Assembly: GCA_024137785.1 (NCBI GenBank)
Contig: JAHRHZ010000068.1
Coordinates: 1,173,609-1,237,608 of the forward strand
Reading direction: 5' to 3'
Source: Ginglymostoma cirratum
Lineage: Eukaryota
Length of the DNA stretch: 64,000 nucleotides
Shown: piece after piece, positions 1 to 13,267 of the stretch
Layout of the letters: every line of letters starts with the position of its first letter
Position numbering within the stretch: the stretch's first letter is position 1
Notes under the pieces: model-generated
What the model was told of the DNA's origin: nothing
What the model saw: only the letters and a program-made list of their open reading frames with translations
Databases searched by the model: none
Program-made: the position numbers and the translations under genes

Positions 1-204
1 AGGTGACTGTCATTCTTTGGATCATTTCTGAGGGTAATGCCTTGACAAATGAGAGTCAACTTGCCCTGTTTAAAAGTTAAATAAAGCTTGGCAATTAACT
101 GTCAGTCACTATCTAGCTGGTGCATTCTCCACTACAGTGCCTCTACTGCTCTGAATCTATGTGCCAACCTATCAGCACTCCCTTCTCATACGGTATAAGA
201 AGAT

Positions 205-547
205 TCTTTTTTAACTCATTTGTGATATGTGGGCATGACTGGCTGGTCAGCATTTACTGCCCATCCTTATTTGCCCAGTTAAGGGTCAACCAGATCATTG
301 TTGCTCTGGGGTCATGTAGGCAAGAAGGATGACAGTTTCCTTCCTAAAAGGACGTTTGTGAACCAGATGGATTTTTCCTGATGATCGGCAATGGTTTCAT
401 AATCATCATTTGACTCTTATTTCCAGATTTTTATTGAATTCAAATTCCAACATCTGCTCTGGCAGGATTCAAACCCAGATCCTCAGAACATTGTCTGGGT
501 CTCTGTATTACAGTCCAGAGACAATGTGGCTAGGATGTCACGTCCCC
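205..547 (-). mobile_element. tRNA-derived SINE (family A), internally deleted copy
   Basis: Reverse complement aligns by eye with copies at 19455, 27488, 32375 and 49512. It has a tRNA-like head with box B (gggtttgaatcc), the body 'gaatttgaattcaataaaaatctggaa' and the tail 'ggatgggcagtaaatgctg'. Confidence 0.8.
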
Positions 548-1150
548 TTCTCAATGGAGGTGATCGTGGGTTTGGAAGGTGATATCTTTGGTGAATTTCT
601 ACAATGCATCTTATTAATAGTACACGCTACTGCTACTCAGCGTCGGTTATGGAGGGTGTGAATGCTTGTGGATGTGGTGCCAATCAAGTGGGCTGCTTTG
701 TCCTGAATGGTATCAAGCTTTTTGAGCATTGTTGGAGCTACACCCACATAGGCAAGTGGTGGACAGCCTTCCTCTGATCTTATAATGGATGGAAGGTCAT
801 TGATGAAGCAGCTGAAGATGTTTGAGCCTAGGACACCACCATGAGGAACTCCTGCAGAGATGTGCTGGAGCTGAGATGACTGATCTCCAGCAACAACAAC
901 CATCTTCCTCTGTGTCAGGTATGACTCCAACCACCAGAGAGGTTCCTGATAGCAGAGATAAAAGGTACTGCAGATGCTGGAGAATCCGAGATAACAAGGC
1001 GTGGGGCTGGATGAAGGGTCTAGGCCCGAAACGTCAAGTTTTCCTGCTCCTATGGGGTTCCTCATAGCCATTGATTCCAGGTTTGCTAAGGCTCCTTGAT
1101 GCCACAATTGGTTAAATGCAGCATTGATGTCAAGTCCTGTCACATTCACC
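548..1150 (-). mobile_element. CR1/L2-group LINE reverse transcriptase fragment, interrupted at 954-1055
   Basis: ORF 637..1200(-) contains 'SAGVPHGGVLGSNIFSCFINDLPSII' (RT motif GVPQGSVLGP..F..FINDL) and 'LKKLDTIQDKAAHLIG'. The YADD region is missing. Confidence 0.85.
954..1055 (+). mobile_element. Short Penelope-type element with hammerhead-like core, subfamily 1
   Basis: Contains 'gatgaagggtctaggcccgaaacgtc'. Flanked by a 13-bp direct repeat, ggttcctgatagc (941-953) / ggttcctcatagc (1056-1068). Confidence 0.7.
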
Positions 1151-2519
1151 TCACCTAGATATTGGTGTTCTATTCCTTGACATTGGTATTCCTTGTGCAT
1201 TGTCCTGATGACTGCAAATGTAAAGTTTCAACAAAATGTGTTTCTTTCAGCAATACTGAAGTTCTGTACTATTGAACAGTTGTATATAATTTTATACTTT
1301 ACCTGTAGGTGTTTATGATTAAAATAATATTTTTATACTTTAACTGTCAGAAATTACTTAGGGTAAACTGATGCATTAAAATCATGATAGAACAACTCCC
1401 AACTGGACAACCCCTTGTTTACTGCTGTTGAATACTTATGCATAGTTTCTGGTTATAGTTTCCTAGCTGTTGAGCTCCAAGTTTTTGCTAAGGCCAGAGT
1501 AGGTCACGGGGTATTAACCAGTCATCTTGCTGAGGAAGGCAGTAAAAATCAGAGAATGAGTAAGGAAGGTTGAGATTGGATATTTTTTTCTATAGGTTAG
1601 TGTTACACTGGTTAAGATTAGCTGTCTGAACACAGAATAGGGAATGTGATGTGGGACTTAACCCACAGCATCACTCAATTTAGATAATCAGGTATGTCTG
1701 TGTTTTTTTTAATAGTCATTTGCAGGAACTAAAACTGTTTGAGAAGTTACATTTGGAACAAAGATTCAGACTTTTTTTTGAAAAGTGTGGAAGATTATCT
1801 ACTAACTACAATTCTGTTCATAATGCATTCATATGACTCCATCTACCGTCAGTGTGGAATATTGTTGTAAGGCAGCACCTCCTGTGCTAACCACTGAACC
1901 TTAAAACAACACCATTAGTATGCCTGCAGCCGACAATGTTCATAGCTTCCTTATAGTGATGACATTTTAGTACACTAGTGGGCGAGATCTTTGAAAAAAC
2001 AGCATTTGCTCTAAAATGTATGAGAAATGAATGCAAATTAAAATCAGCATTTGTTGATTAGTTGATTTTTACTTAAAGTACTAATATTTGGAAATCAAAA
2101 CCTGCTCACAAGAGTGCTCTGCAACTTACTTTTTAATAGATTGTGCATATAAAATATAGGTTAAAGCTCAAGTATATCAGAGAGAACTCAATGGAAACTG
2201 TGCAGGAAATTGCCTATTGGGAGCATTTTTACTGGGTAGCTTACCATCATTGGTCTAATTAACTAATTAGTGAGATGCTAATTACTGTACTGTATGCATG
2301 AATGCATGAGTAAGGGGAGTTATGTAACAGCTTTAATCTTCAATTAATATAATTTCACAGGAGGAAAAGCTATGTCAAGAGACTAAACTTTAGCCCTCGG
2401 ATACTAGATTTGCTGTAATCTTTTATAGTGTGGCACATTTTTGTTCTAAAGTAAATCGTAATTTGCAATGGTATTTATTACACAGTGAAACACAGTTCAA
2501 AACAAACCATCTGTCAATG

Positions 2520-2605
2520 CAGAAACACAGGAACAGAAGCAGACCAGCAGTTCTTCAAGCCTGAGCAACCATTCAATTAGATGATGGCTGACCTGTACTT
2601 CAGCA
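2520..2605 (-). mobile_element. Short CR1-type LINE 3' tail remnant
   Basis: 'aagcctgagcaaccattcaattagatgatggctgacctg' resembles the CR1 3' UTR copy starting at 31118. Confidence 0.5.
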
Positions 2606-5367
2606 AGATAGATGAAGCCAAATCAACATGACTTCGAACTTCTGTGTTGGGCATAACACCACCTCTTGTATAAAACAGCAAGTTTCCCAATTCTGAAGTG
2701 AAGGGATCTCAGAATTAAGAAATGTTCTGACCCTATTCACCCATTGTTACCTTTAATTAGTGTTCTCTACCAGGAACATGGGATCAGGGTATTTATGCTG
2801 TATTGTGTCCACACCTTCACACTGGTAACAGTGTACTTTTAATCTTTAACATTTTTAATTTTGTAAACGCTCTTGGTGTTTAGATCTTTGATTGATCATC
2901 CTTGGGATTTTAATATTAAGAAAGGATTAGCAGGGTGCTCTTCAATAGCATTTTACTGCTGTGTAGATATCATTTTGGAGTTCAGATAACCAGAGTTCTG
3001 TCTTCCCATTTTGAGTGTTGATAGTTTCCATTGCTCTAAAAGCAAGGCCTGTGCTCCCAAATTGTATAAACACAGCTTCAAAAATAGTATTATTAAATAG
3101 CATAAGCATCCCAAAATTTACAAAGGTAACTGTTAAATGATAGAATTCAATTCAGATAGTTAAATATTTAAACTTTTGTTTAGAAATGTTTTGCATTTGG
3201 AGATACAGCCACCACATAAATCATTTCCAGATAACTGCCTAAAATGGTCATTTTTAAACTTGGGCTGAACCTTTGTTCACTCCAAGCATTTATTTTTTAC
3301 ACTGTACATGTGTAATTTACTTTGGAACGCTGATACAATTCCAAATGGGTGATCTGTTAACCATACAAAAAGAAGGCATTTATTTTAAGATCTAGTATAA
3401 ACATGGTGATTTGTTATAATTTTTAAAAATACATTCACAATATAATTAGCAATAAATTAGATTAGTAAATTGTATTTTTACTATTTCTATGCTGTATAAT
3501 ATCAGATATCATTCCTACTTGCCTGCACTGATCATATCTTTTTATGCATTGCCCCGGATGGCATAGAGCAATGCAATGCAGAGGAGGAAATCGTAGTTCA
3601 AATCCACGTGCCATCATATTAAAAATAATATGAACAAATTACAGTTCTAAAATCTGTTTTCTGGGAATTTTTTCTCTCCCTTCCTTAGTCCCCTAGCTTT
3701 ACAAATTAACTCTGAATGAGAGTCTAAGCAGCCAAGTTGATCCCAGGGATACACCTTTGGATCTCTGAACCAGACTTGTAAGGAGCAGATTCAGGTATAA
3801 CACTTTTATGACGTTTCAAACCCTTGGCTGGTGGGAAAGAGATTAGCTCCAGTTTGGCGCTTACCCACAGTCATCTGACAGAGAACAAACTTGAGGAATC
3901 GTAAACAAAAATCTGCAAATGGCATTTTGTCTATTGACAATCTGGTTCAATTGCCCAGGCAACTTGATTGCATTCGTGCTTATTTTCCTTGCTCACATTT
4001 TAATGCCATGGGTCTGAGTAATGATGTTCTTATTATGGCAATGGGTAGACAGTTCCAGGATTCTAAAATAGTCACAATGAAGAAATAGTGATATGTAACA
4101 ATTCAGATGCTGGTAATGGTGACCCTGTGATTTTTCGACTTATATTATCCTAAAATATGAATTATGATATTTATTTCAATTAGCCTTATTAAACAGTACA
4201 CTGTTTCATGCTAAACTTGAATTATTTTTGCTTCCATGATAAACTTTCCAAACTGAGACTCTTGATTCTTTCAAATGGGAACATTTCAATGAACTTAAAG
4301 GCAGCACAAAAATGATCAGACTTGATGACTGATCAAACTTAGAAGACATGATCAAGAAATGAAAACTGGATTTATCACATCACAACTGGCTAAAGATAAA
4401 TGGTGAGTTGCTCTTGCCATCTGAAGCGGGCATAAAGTCAGTGAAACAATTACGCCATTGACTAAAGCTGGAATCAGGAGTACCGAGACACTTCTGGTTC
4501 AAGGTTTAAGCACTGTGCATAATTGTTGAACCTATTGCTATAATCCCCTGATTCTGGATGGCTGGCAGAAGTGAAGTTGACCAATGCAATATGTGTGATA
4601 AACATGCCTGACTTAAAACTCTGTTGTGAGAGATTGTTTAACGATATAGGTTGGAGCAATTGTAAAATACTGCTAACTCTGTTTATTAAAATAAACCAAA
4701 GTGATTAGCAACTTTTTACTATTAAAGAATAAATTCTGTTTCTGATAGATTTATCATGGAAAGATTGGGCTCAAAAACACGAAAGGACACCCAAAGCTGT
4801 GAAATGCAAAGATGCAAATATTGCAGTTGCTTTTTTGAGCCCTAATTTGAAACAAGATATGCAATCTATAAAAAGTATTACAACAGATTAAGTGAAATAA
4901 ATGATATTAAAAACCTCATTGAATCATAAAATGAAATAGAGGAAGATCAGTCAGCCCATCATGCTTTCATAATTTACAAATAAAGTTTCAGTTTACTATT
5001 GACTTTAGACCCAAACCAGTTCTATTTATCATATGTGACTCACTGCCTTATAGCACACTTACCTTGCAATCTTTTCAGCAATGTTACAGTCAGAAGGGAT
5101 GATTTTATAAATGTTTGCTAGAATTGGAATCCTTGGCTATCAGATGGAGTTATTGGGAAATGACGGCCACTTGACTCTCACTATACAAGTTATAGAATTA
5201 TACAATATAAAATGAGACTATTCAGCCCCTTTTGTTGCTGCCATCTATTTGGAATGTTCACATAAGGAATATTCATATAAAAAACACTCACTTGGATATA
5301 CAAAATTGACAGCTCTAACCATAAAGAAAATTAACATGAAAATATTAGAAAGAGAAATTAAAAGGAA

Positions 5368-5645
5368 GAAACAAGATATTTATTTGAATAGTGCTCTTCA
5401 GGATGTCCCGAAGAACTTTACAACCAACAAGGTAGTTTAAAAGTGTAACTCAAATGCCATTTGCAGGAAACAAACTCTCACAAACCAAAGTTGAACAAAC
5501 CAGCTGGTCATTTTATTGCAAGTGTTGATTTTGTTATCCAGAATTTTGAAAGTACGCTTCTATTCTTGCTTGAATAGTGTTTTGGATCTCATGGCACTGA
5601 ATGACAGCTGCTCTGACAGTACAGTGCTCACTCAGTTCAGCATTT
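5368..5645 (-). mobile_element. Degraded DeuSINE (SacSINE1/AmnSINE1-like)
   Basis: Reverse complement follows the recalled Deu-domain order (gatcc..aacactattcaagcaagaatag ... gtttgtgagagtttg ... gtaaagttcttcgggacatcctga). Related to 39490-39740. Confidence 0.6.
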
Positions 5646-7279
5646 TAAACTCATTGTAAAAATGAGGTGTTAGAATTTTAGTATATAAACAAGTAATCTG
5701 TTTATTATTACATTTGACTATTTTAACAATTTTGTAACATGATGTAATTTAAATAGCTAAAACTATCAAAGCTACAAATAGGGTAACCCCGTAGCTAATA
5801 ATGAATTGCAAACGTTCTCAGTTGAGACAGTATTTGCTAAGTTATTTTTGTTTGTTTACTAGCACGTATTTACAATTGAGGATCACATAGGAGCATAATC
5901 ACATTTCCCTAGCATGACGTATTGTTCTGAAAATGATTTACTGCTTGTCTGAATGTTCTCTTGCACCCTTCTAATACTTTGTTGACATACTTTTTATTAA
6001 ATATTGTGACCTTTAAAGTTGTTTGTAAAGCATGTTCATTCTAATTGGTTGTGACAGAGCAGCAACAAAACCGGTTGTTTCTTATGACAAGAGTGTGAGA
6101 CTATGGATGTGAATGCCTATATGCAGCTTGGTTGAACACAAGAGGGCAGATAATGGATGAGTGACAAGCAAAGAAAAAGATTGCACAGAATATCCAAGGC
6201 ATAGATATGGATTATATATGTAAGATTATTGCATTTGAGAATTTTAAAGTCATTAGACATTCCCTGATTGCATTGGATAAACAAAATGAAATGAAAACTT
6301 GTTGTTGCTAAATAAATGCAATCCCCTCTTAACAACGTTATAACTACTGGTGTGTAGAAGAACCTTATTAGCCTGGAGGTACAATTTGTTCATATCTCAA
6401 CAGCATACATTTCAACCAATGGCTTTGAGCCAAAATCATGATGTCACATCACCAAGGAACTGATGTCAGTGTTTGTAAAGCTTCTTACAGCAGTGCAGTG
6501 TAATATCACAGCAAGCAGACTGGAACCTTTCAAAGCAATGTAATTATAGTTCTGAACTGATTCTCCAGAATAAAGCCAGAACAAATCTGTGTTATGTTCA
6601 TGAAATTAGATTAGGATTGGTGAAACAGTAAGATGTGAAACATAACAGAAAACAGTTTATTTCACAGTAATCCTCACCCATATTTATTGTGATTAATCTG
6701 ATGGCCTAATTTGGGTTCCAGCAAATTAGTCCTGGAATTAGGTGCATACATATTGTTCCAACAGGTTATGGCTTGATAGAAGAAACAAATTAAAATTATT
6801 CCTGTGGGAAGCTACAGGAAGGCAATACTAACCTAGGTCATGACAAAGGCTGTTCAAAATTAATTATTACTTTTTCAGAGAGGACCCCGTATTTGACCAG
6901 TCCAAGCACTAAATGGAAATAGTGATTCATGTTAGTTTATTATTAATACACTGTTCAGTGACACTGCCACTAAGCCCAACTATAGTATTTTATCATAATA
7001 TTAATGGTTGAACAACTGAAAACATTCTATGTTAAGCTTTTTTCATTCTTAAAATTTAGTACAGATGTATAGAATAAATTGGCACAGAAATTCTGAGTAA
7101 TTCTTTTTTTGAGAGCTGACCAGTTGAACTAAGTTCTCAATATTACAAGCCAAAAGTGCATGTGCATTTCTGATTGGAGTCTGCCTGCCACAATTTTGGT
7201 TAAAGCAGATGCACTGACAGCTGTTGTGACAATGACAACATGAAGGCGGCTGAAAATGTAATCTAATTAGAAACACAGT

Positions 7280-7475
7280 AATATAGAGAGTTTACAGCGC
7301 AAAAGGAGAGCATTTTGTCAATCATGTTTCTGCCAGTCTAGCATCACACTCCAGCTCTTAGTCCATAGCCTTACAGTTTACAGTGCTTCAAGTGCACATC
7401 CAGATTTTGTTTTTAACATGTTGAGCATTCCTACCTCTCCCATCTCTTTCAACAGTGAGACCCACCAACCTCTGA
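7280..7475 (-). mobile_element. Degraded CR1-type LINE 3' end
   Basis: Same layout as other CR1 3' ends in the window ('tagagagtttacagcgcaaaaggag ... gtccatagcc ... catccagattt'). Confidence 0.55.
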
Positions 7476-7479
7476 CATT

Positions 7480-8380
7480 TGCAAGCCACATTTCTGATTT
7501 TCAGTGCCTCAGCAACTCACGCACCATGTGCTGAAGTTGCACAACACAACACGGTGCTAACCAGCAGCACTGTCCCACATCATCTTGCTCCCTGCGGGCA
7601 GAATGATATCTTTATCAGACAAAAAGGACTCTACTCCCTCGATGCAAACCTGTTTTTTCATCACAGACAATGGATACTGCAGGTTTGACTCAAAATCCTG
7701 GCAGTGGTCAAGGGCTGGTTTGTGATGCAGAGTGATGCCAAAAGACTGGGTTTAATTCCAACACGGTTGAGGGTACCATGAAGGACTCTCCTTTTCAATC
7801 TCTTCCCTCACCTGAGGCATGTTGACCCTCAGGTTAAGCACTATCAGTTGTCTCTAATGACAGAGCAGCCCTATGATCTGCAAGGACTATGGTGACTTTA
7901 CTTTGACCTTTATCAGTCATCTGTACCACTTTTATTTCAACAAGGCCACCAACCTGCAAATGGTGACTAGATGACAATCCTTGTCAGTTCCAAATATAGC
8001 ATATGACTCTAGTCAGCATTTGAGCACTGCTACAGAGTAAACTAACAATGGGAACAATGCTGACATTACCAAGCGACCATCAATGTACTTCAAGTAATAT
8101 ATCCACTGACTGGACAGGTTCTGAAAAGGGCTTGCTATGAACCCCTGAGTAGATATCCACTTTTGTCATCATCTGTTGTATGCCCTATTACTTTGTCATC
8201 ATGAAGAATTAGCTTTCACCACAATTAGCAAACAACAATTGCAGGACGAAGAGATGGAAAACGAAGTGGTAAACAAATAGGAAGAGGACTAAAGGTGGCA
8301 AACATACATGATTTTACCTGGCAGAGTTCTGATACTGGTTCAGTGAGGATGACTTCATCTAAACAGGCCATCCCATTCCC
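7480..8380 (+). mobile_element. PIF/Harbinger DDE transposase relic, split by a SINE
   Basis: Translations 'FIRQKGLYSLDANLFFHHRQWILQV..PGSG', 'QSSVPLLFQ' and 'LDR..GLL*TPE*ISTFVIICCM' match the HARBI1-family motif order NRKGFHSLNVQLVCDH..ILQV..YPGS.HD ... LDRSGGALQYSPE.V..CCMLHN. Stops and frameshifts are present. Confidence 0.75.
7712..7905 (+). mobile_element. Putative tRNA-derived SINE (family B) inserted in the Harbinger relic
   Basis: Box-B-like 'gggtttaattcc', internal hairpin 'acctgaggcatgttgaccctcaggt' and tail 'gactatggtgactttacttt'. It interrupts the transposase just after the PGS motif. Confidence 0.55.
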
Positions 8381-8625
8381 TCTTCACCAACAACTTCATA
8401 ACCTTTACAACTTTCCTTATAACCACCATCTGATTGCTTCTTTCACTGTAGCTTTGTACATCTTGACCCCATTTCATGTCAAAGGCAAACTCCGAAATCA
8501 TATCGAGAGCAAATTACCAAACAAATATTCTGATGGCATATCACCACTCACAAAGTGAGTCATGAGTAAGTCTTGTGCTATGTCAGTCCAGGTTCAGTCA
8601 ATAGTAAAGAGAAATAAATTGGCTT

Positions 8626-8976
8626 GGAGCAGCAAGGTGGTTCAATGGTTAGCACATTGCCTCAAAGCGTCAGGGGCCTGTGTTCAATTCCAGCCTCAGG
8701 AGACTGTGTGGAGTTTGCACATTCTCCCTGTGTCTACATGGGTTTCCTCCTGGTGCTCCAGTTTCCTCCCACGGTTCAAAGATGTGCAGGTTAGGTAGAT
8801 TGGCCATGCTAAATTGCCCCATAGTGTCCAGAAATGTGTAGGTTAGATGGATTAGCCATGGGAAATGCAAGGTTACAGGGATAGGGTAGGGGATGCATCT
8901 GGGCGAGATGCTCTTCTGAGAGTTGGTGTGGACTTGTTGGGCTGAATGACCTGTTTCCACACTGTAGGGATTCTCT
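8626..8976 (+). mobile_element. HE1-type V-SINE
   Basis: tRNA head (ggtggttcaatggttagcac ... gttcaattcc), V-domain 'tgtggagtttgcacattctccctgtgtct...gtttcctcccac' and CR1-like tail 'acctgtttccacactgtagggattct'. Confidence 0.9.
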
Positions 8977-10099
8977 GGAAATTGGCCATTTTGATGACTG
9001 AAAAAGACATTTCACTGGTAGGGATCATGGAGCAGTGGGGCTTGATTTCCAATGCACCCCTTCTGACACACTCCATTGAGGACAGTTCAGATCACTGGCA
9101 GGATGTCCTTCAGAATGTCAGGGCCTGGAAAGTCCAGGTATGTATTGCTGCATCTGAGTGTGAACTGCAGATTTCTGGTCTGCAAGCTCGTGTGGTCCTA
9201 CTAAAGGCATAAACAGAGTGAGAGACAGGAAAGCAGCCACCACGTCATCCTGAGAGCAAGTTGCAGAGAACATGTGACATTGAATAATGGTTCATTTACT
9301 CAGTTATCTTGACAAACCAGTCCTACCAGTCATTGTGTAAAAATGTTGTCTGCTCATCATTGTTTTTCAGTGAGATGGTAATATGTTTTAAATCTGCCTG
9401 CTCCACAAGGCCAGTAAACCTAGATCCTGTGTGGGCCTTCAGTGCTCCTTCTTTAAAAAAATAGGCTGGAGCTTCATAAACATCATCAAATTGTGGCCCA
9501 CTCCATGTGTGCTCTACACAGTGGAATGAGATATTATCTGGGTGAAGCAGAAATTCATAAAGTTACTACATGAATCATTGCAGCCCTTACATAGCACTAT
9601 TAGGCTATGCCGCTGATCTTTGTGTGGCAAGGAGGGGCCTGATTGCTTATCCAGGGTTGACAGAAATGTTCCCTCCTGCTGGTGGGCCTTTGTCACCGCT
9701 CTGTACAGCTCCCACACCTCTACCCTCTCACCAGCTTTTTGATCATACATTCCAGCCTGCCTCTGTGTAAGCAGCCATTGGATTCCTGTGGACTTTGAAT
9801 CAGCAAGTTGCTAACGGTATACTTTAGTACTGACAGTTCACCAAAGTTATTGTTATGAGATGCAATAATTAACTTCCACAAAATGAGTTTCCCTCCTCAG
9901 TACATACTGAATGTGTACCCCAAAGTGAAAATCAGTTTCATGCTTTCCCATTCTCAGGAATCGGAACATGGGAGGACTTCTCCGGTCATCTATTGGCAGA
10001 TTTTATTTTCCTGAATCAACGCAATGTCTAACAACCACCCCATATTGGAACATTTACAGTCAGTGAAAGATGACTTCACATAATTCAGTTCTGTCAAAA

Positions 10100-10870
10100 G
10101 TGGTCATCACGCAAGTCCTGTTTGGAATGCTGCAGATGACATGCCTGCATTGCAGGAGGGTGAAGGCAATGATTCTCCTGATGAACATTCTCATTTTCCT
10201 ACTCAGTTCGATGGTGCAGCTCTCACAGATTTTTATCATCCATCACACAGCCTTGTTGCTTCCTCCAGCTGCCAAGAACAAAACATGCAAGGATTAAGTA
10301 GTGTCCATTGTCTGTCTGTTATGCAATGAACCCCCAGGCCTGAACAAGTTTGGAACCTAATGTTGAGGAGACATCATAAGACCCACATTGGCCCCAGTGG
10401 AAGAGGGTGTTGTATTGCATATATGCATGAAACAGTGATCCGACCCCTAACTCTGGACAGAGCAGAGTACCACTGCCCCTCTCCCACCTCCATGTAAACC
10501 CATGGGAGATGAGCCACTGTGGGTCTGTTGCATCTTCACCACATGGCTGGAACCTCTGTCATTAGAAAGGTGCTTCACATCTGCTGGAGGGTGATGCTGC
10601 TCCTGGGCTTCCAGATATATGTGCTCTTCATCCATTCCTGTGGACACTCATAGTGCAGCAGCCACAGGGATGACCACAGCATCTGGGCCCACATCCACAC
10701 AGAACAGTTCCATTGAGCCAAAGTGGCCAGTGCCAGAAACTAAGCAGCTCCTCAGTAAAGTGGCCAGTCAGTGGCTGCAGTATACATTAATGCCAATTAA
10801 ACATCATCCTCCAAATGTTGGGATATTGGAATGTCTGAGGGCAATGGGGTGCCGCAATATGAACCTTTCA
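10100..10870 (-). mobile_element. Highly degraded Harbinger transposase relic
   Basis: Minus-strand pieces 'LNIRFQ..RPGGSLH...ILACFVL' resemble LKMRFRCLDRSGGALQY..IILACCVLHN, and 'CGT.IALR' resembles DCTHIALR. Many frameshifts. Confidence 0.45.
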
Positions 10871-13267
10871 CATCGAAGACCTGATTCTGTTGTATGTTGC
10901 ACAAGTCACGCGGCACTCATGTAGTAGGAGTTAGTGTGATAGGAAGAATGGAAACTTCACCCCTTCCCCATGCACATGACCCAAAAACAACAGCATTCTA
11001 TTTCTACAATGCTGTTCACATTTTATAGTCCAAGGTGTGACGTGAGAATCTCCTGGACTTTGGGCAAGTTATAACACCTTGGAATTTGTGAAAGTTTGTG
11101 AATTGTGGAACTTGCGTGAATCTTTATAGCTCACCTCGCATCACCTCTGCTTCACTGTCATTACCAGGATTAGTTGGCACTGATTAATGACATGGTCAAG
11201 ATTGCCTGTGGCCAGGAATTTTAGTTGAGGTAATTGGTTAATGTATGAAGTTCACATCCAGAATTGTCATAATAGAGTCTTTAACTCATACTCTGTGAGT
11301 GTTTGTTTAATGTTATTGCCCCTTGAAGGCCCTCACGTTGCTCACAAGCAAAGCCTGCTCCCTCACAGATGGAAACAAAGCTACAGACTCCACCCACTCT
11401 GGATATGGCAACAGTCATTTTCATTTCAATTGCACACTTACAATTTAGATGAGGATGGAAAACAACACTGGTCATACGTCATGGAGTGAGTCGCAGACTT
11501 AGCCTCTCAGTCTAATGACTCCTCAAACCTTCACGTTCCTTTCTGTCTTGCCCTCCCTGTTAATCCCACCAGGTTGGATCTTCCTCACATTCCAATTAAA
11601 CTCTCATTTAACTCTTCAACTCCCAATATACATCTTGAGCCCCAGGCATACAGCTTATTCATGCCAAACATTGTGATGCAATGCTCCCCCATCAAAACCA
11701 GGGTGGTGGTGTGACCATCAATGCTTTCCTCCTCCTACTGATACCCCTTTTCCTGCCCATCTCCCACCCCTATATGTTGAGTTGAAACCTTCACAATTAT
11801 TGTTCCTTCTTTATGGCACAGCAGAGGCCCCTGATAACCTCCCTTACCTTTCAGTGCATAGACCCTTAGACTGACCATCGTCTACCCTTCTGACCAATTT
11901 GGAACAACAGTGCAATAACGGATGAGTGACCAGACCTCTGACTGCTCTCCGTGCAGCTCCTCAACTGACTGACCACTAGTCCACTGACTGGTTGCACGGG
12001 ACTGAATATGGCTCGGTCGTCAGACTCTAAGATTATGTAACCTCTCACTCTGATTACCTCAAGCATCTGACTGATAGTGTTCACATCCCAGCACTGAGAT
12101 CAAGTGATGCTCTTTACTGACGGTATCAGTACTCTCTGACTTGGTGACAGTGCACCTGGACTCAACTGAGGGCTGCTTTCCTCAGACTTTCAGACACGGC
12201 CATTTTGTTGAAGCACATATGCCATGTTTGCCGCACAAGTTGCTGGCACATGTTGCAGGGTCAAAATAAGATTCTCATCTAGCTGTTAAAATCTGACGTG
12301 GAAAATTAGATTTTTATTTCTTAATGTTGAGAATCTTATTTTCTGCTGTCATCATAATTTACCAACAGACTCATTTATTGCCCATGTCATTAAGGCTGGG
12401 AAGATCCCACGCAATGTGTTTATATTTTCATATTTAGTAGGCATAGAACTAAAATTAAATGAGAAAACAATTGTTCTCTATCAATTCTTCTGAAGTAAGT
12501 CCTGTTCCCAAATCTGGTAAAAGAACTTCAAATGGTGGCAATTTCAAAGATTCCATGCAGCACCTAAACATAGGGATGATGTATGGGGCACTGTCAAAAT
12601 TGAATCCACTAATTTGGAATTAAGAAATACGGAGAGTATTTTTTCACTCTGTCAGAATATATTATAGTCTGATAAGGAGTGGAAAAAGGTAAAATTTCGG
12701 AAATAATGCAAATTAAATAAAAATGCAGCAACAGGTCTATAATAATGGGTGACTTGTATTACCTGGAAATGGACTTCTCAAAAAAAAAGGTAAGTGTAAC
12801 AAAGGCAAAGGATTTTTGCTTCCTAGACCAATTCCTGGGTCTTTGTCCTTTAGATCCAATGACAAAAGGCAATACTAGAGCTATGTTTCAGAAATGAAGT
12901 GGGAGAAATAAGAAATAAAATATTACAGGGACAGCAATGAAACAGTGTCAAAGGCCAGAATTTTACATTCTTTTGGGAAAGTCTGGGTTGTGTCAAGTTT
13001 TTTGCAATAAGGCCAAACAAGATTTCTCACCATATCTCGGCAAACTCATCTCATCAACTACCTACCTCACCTCTAGAGTGTCCCATCCTTCTGATTCTGG
13101 CCCCACCTTATCACTTGCCATTCCCAAAATAATTCACCACTCGACAGATCTGCCAGAATTCATTGGCATCTCTTGCAACTACACCATCTTTAAAAATCTG
13201 GTGGGTATCCAGACAAGCACTGTGAGTCGGGAGCTACCCTGCACAGTTCCTGATATTTTCCTTAGAC

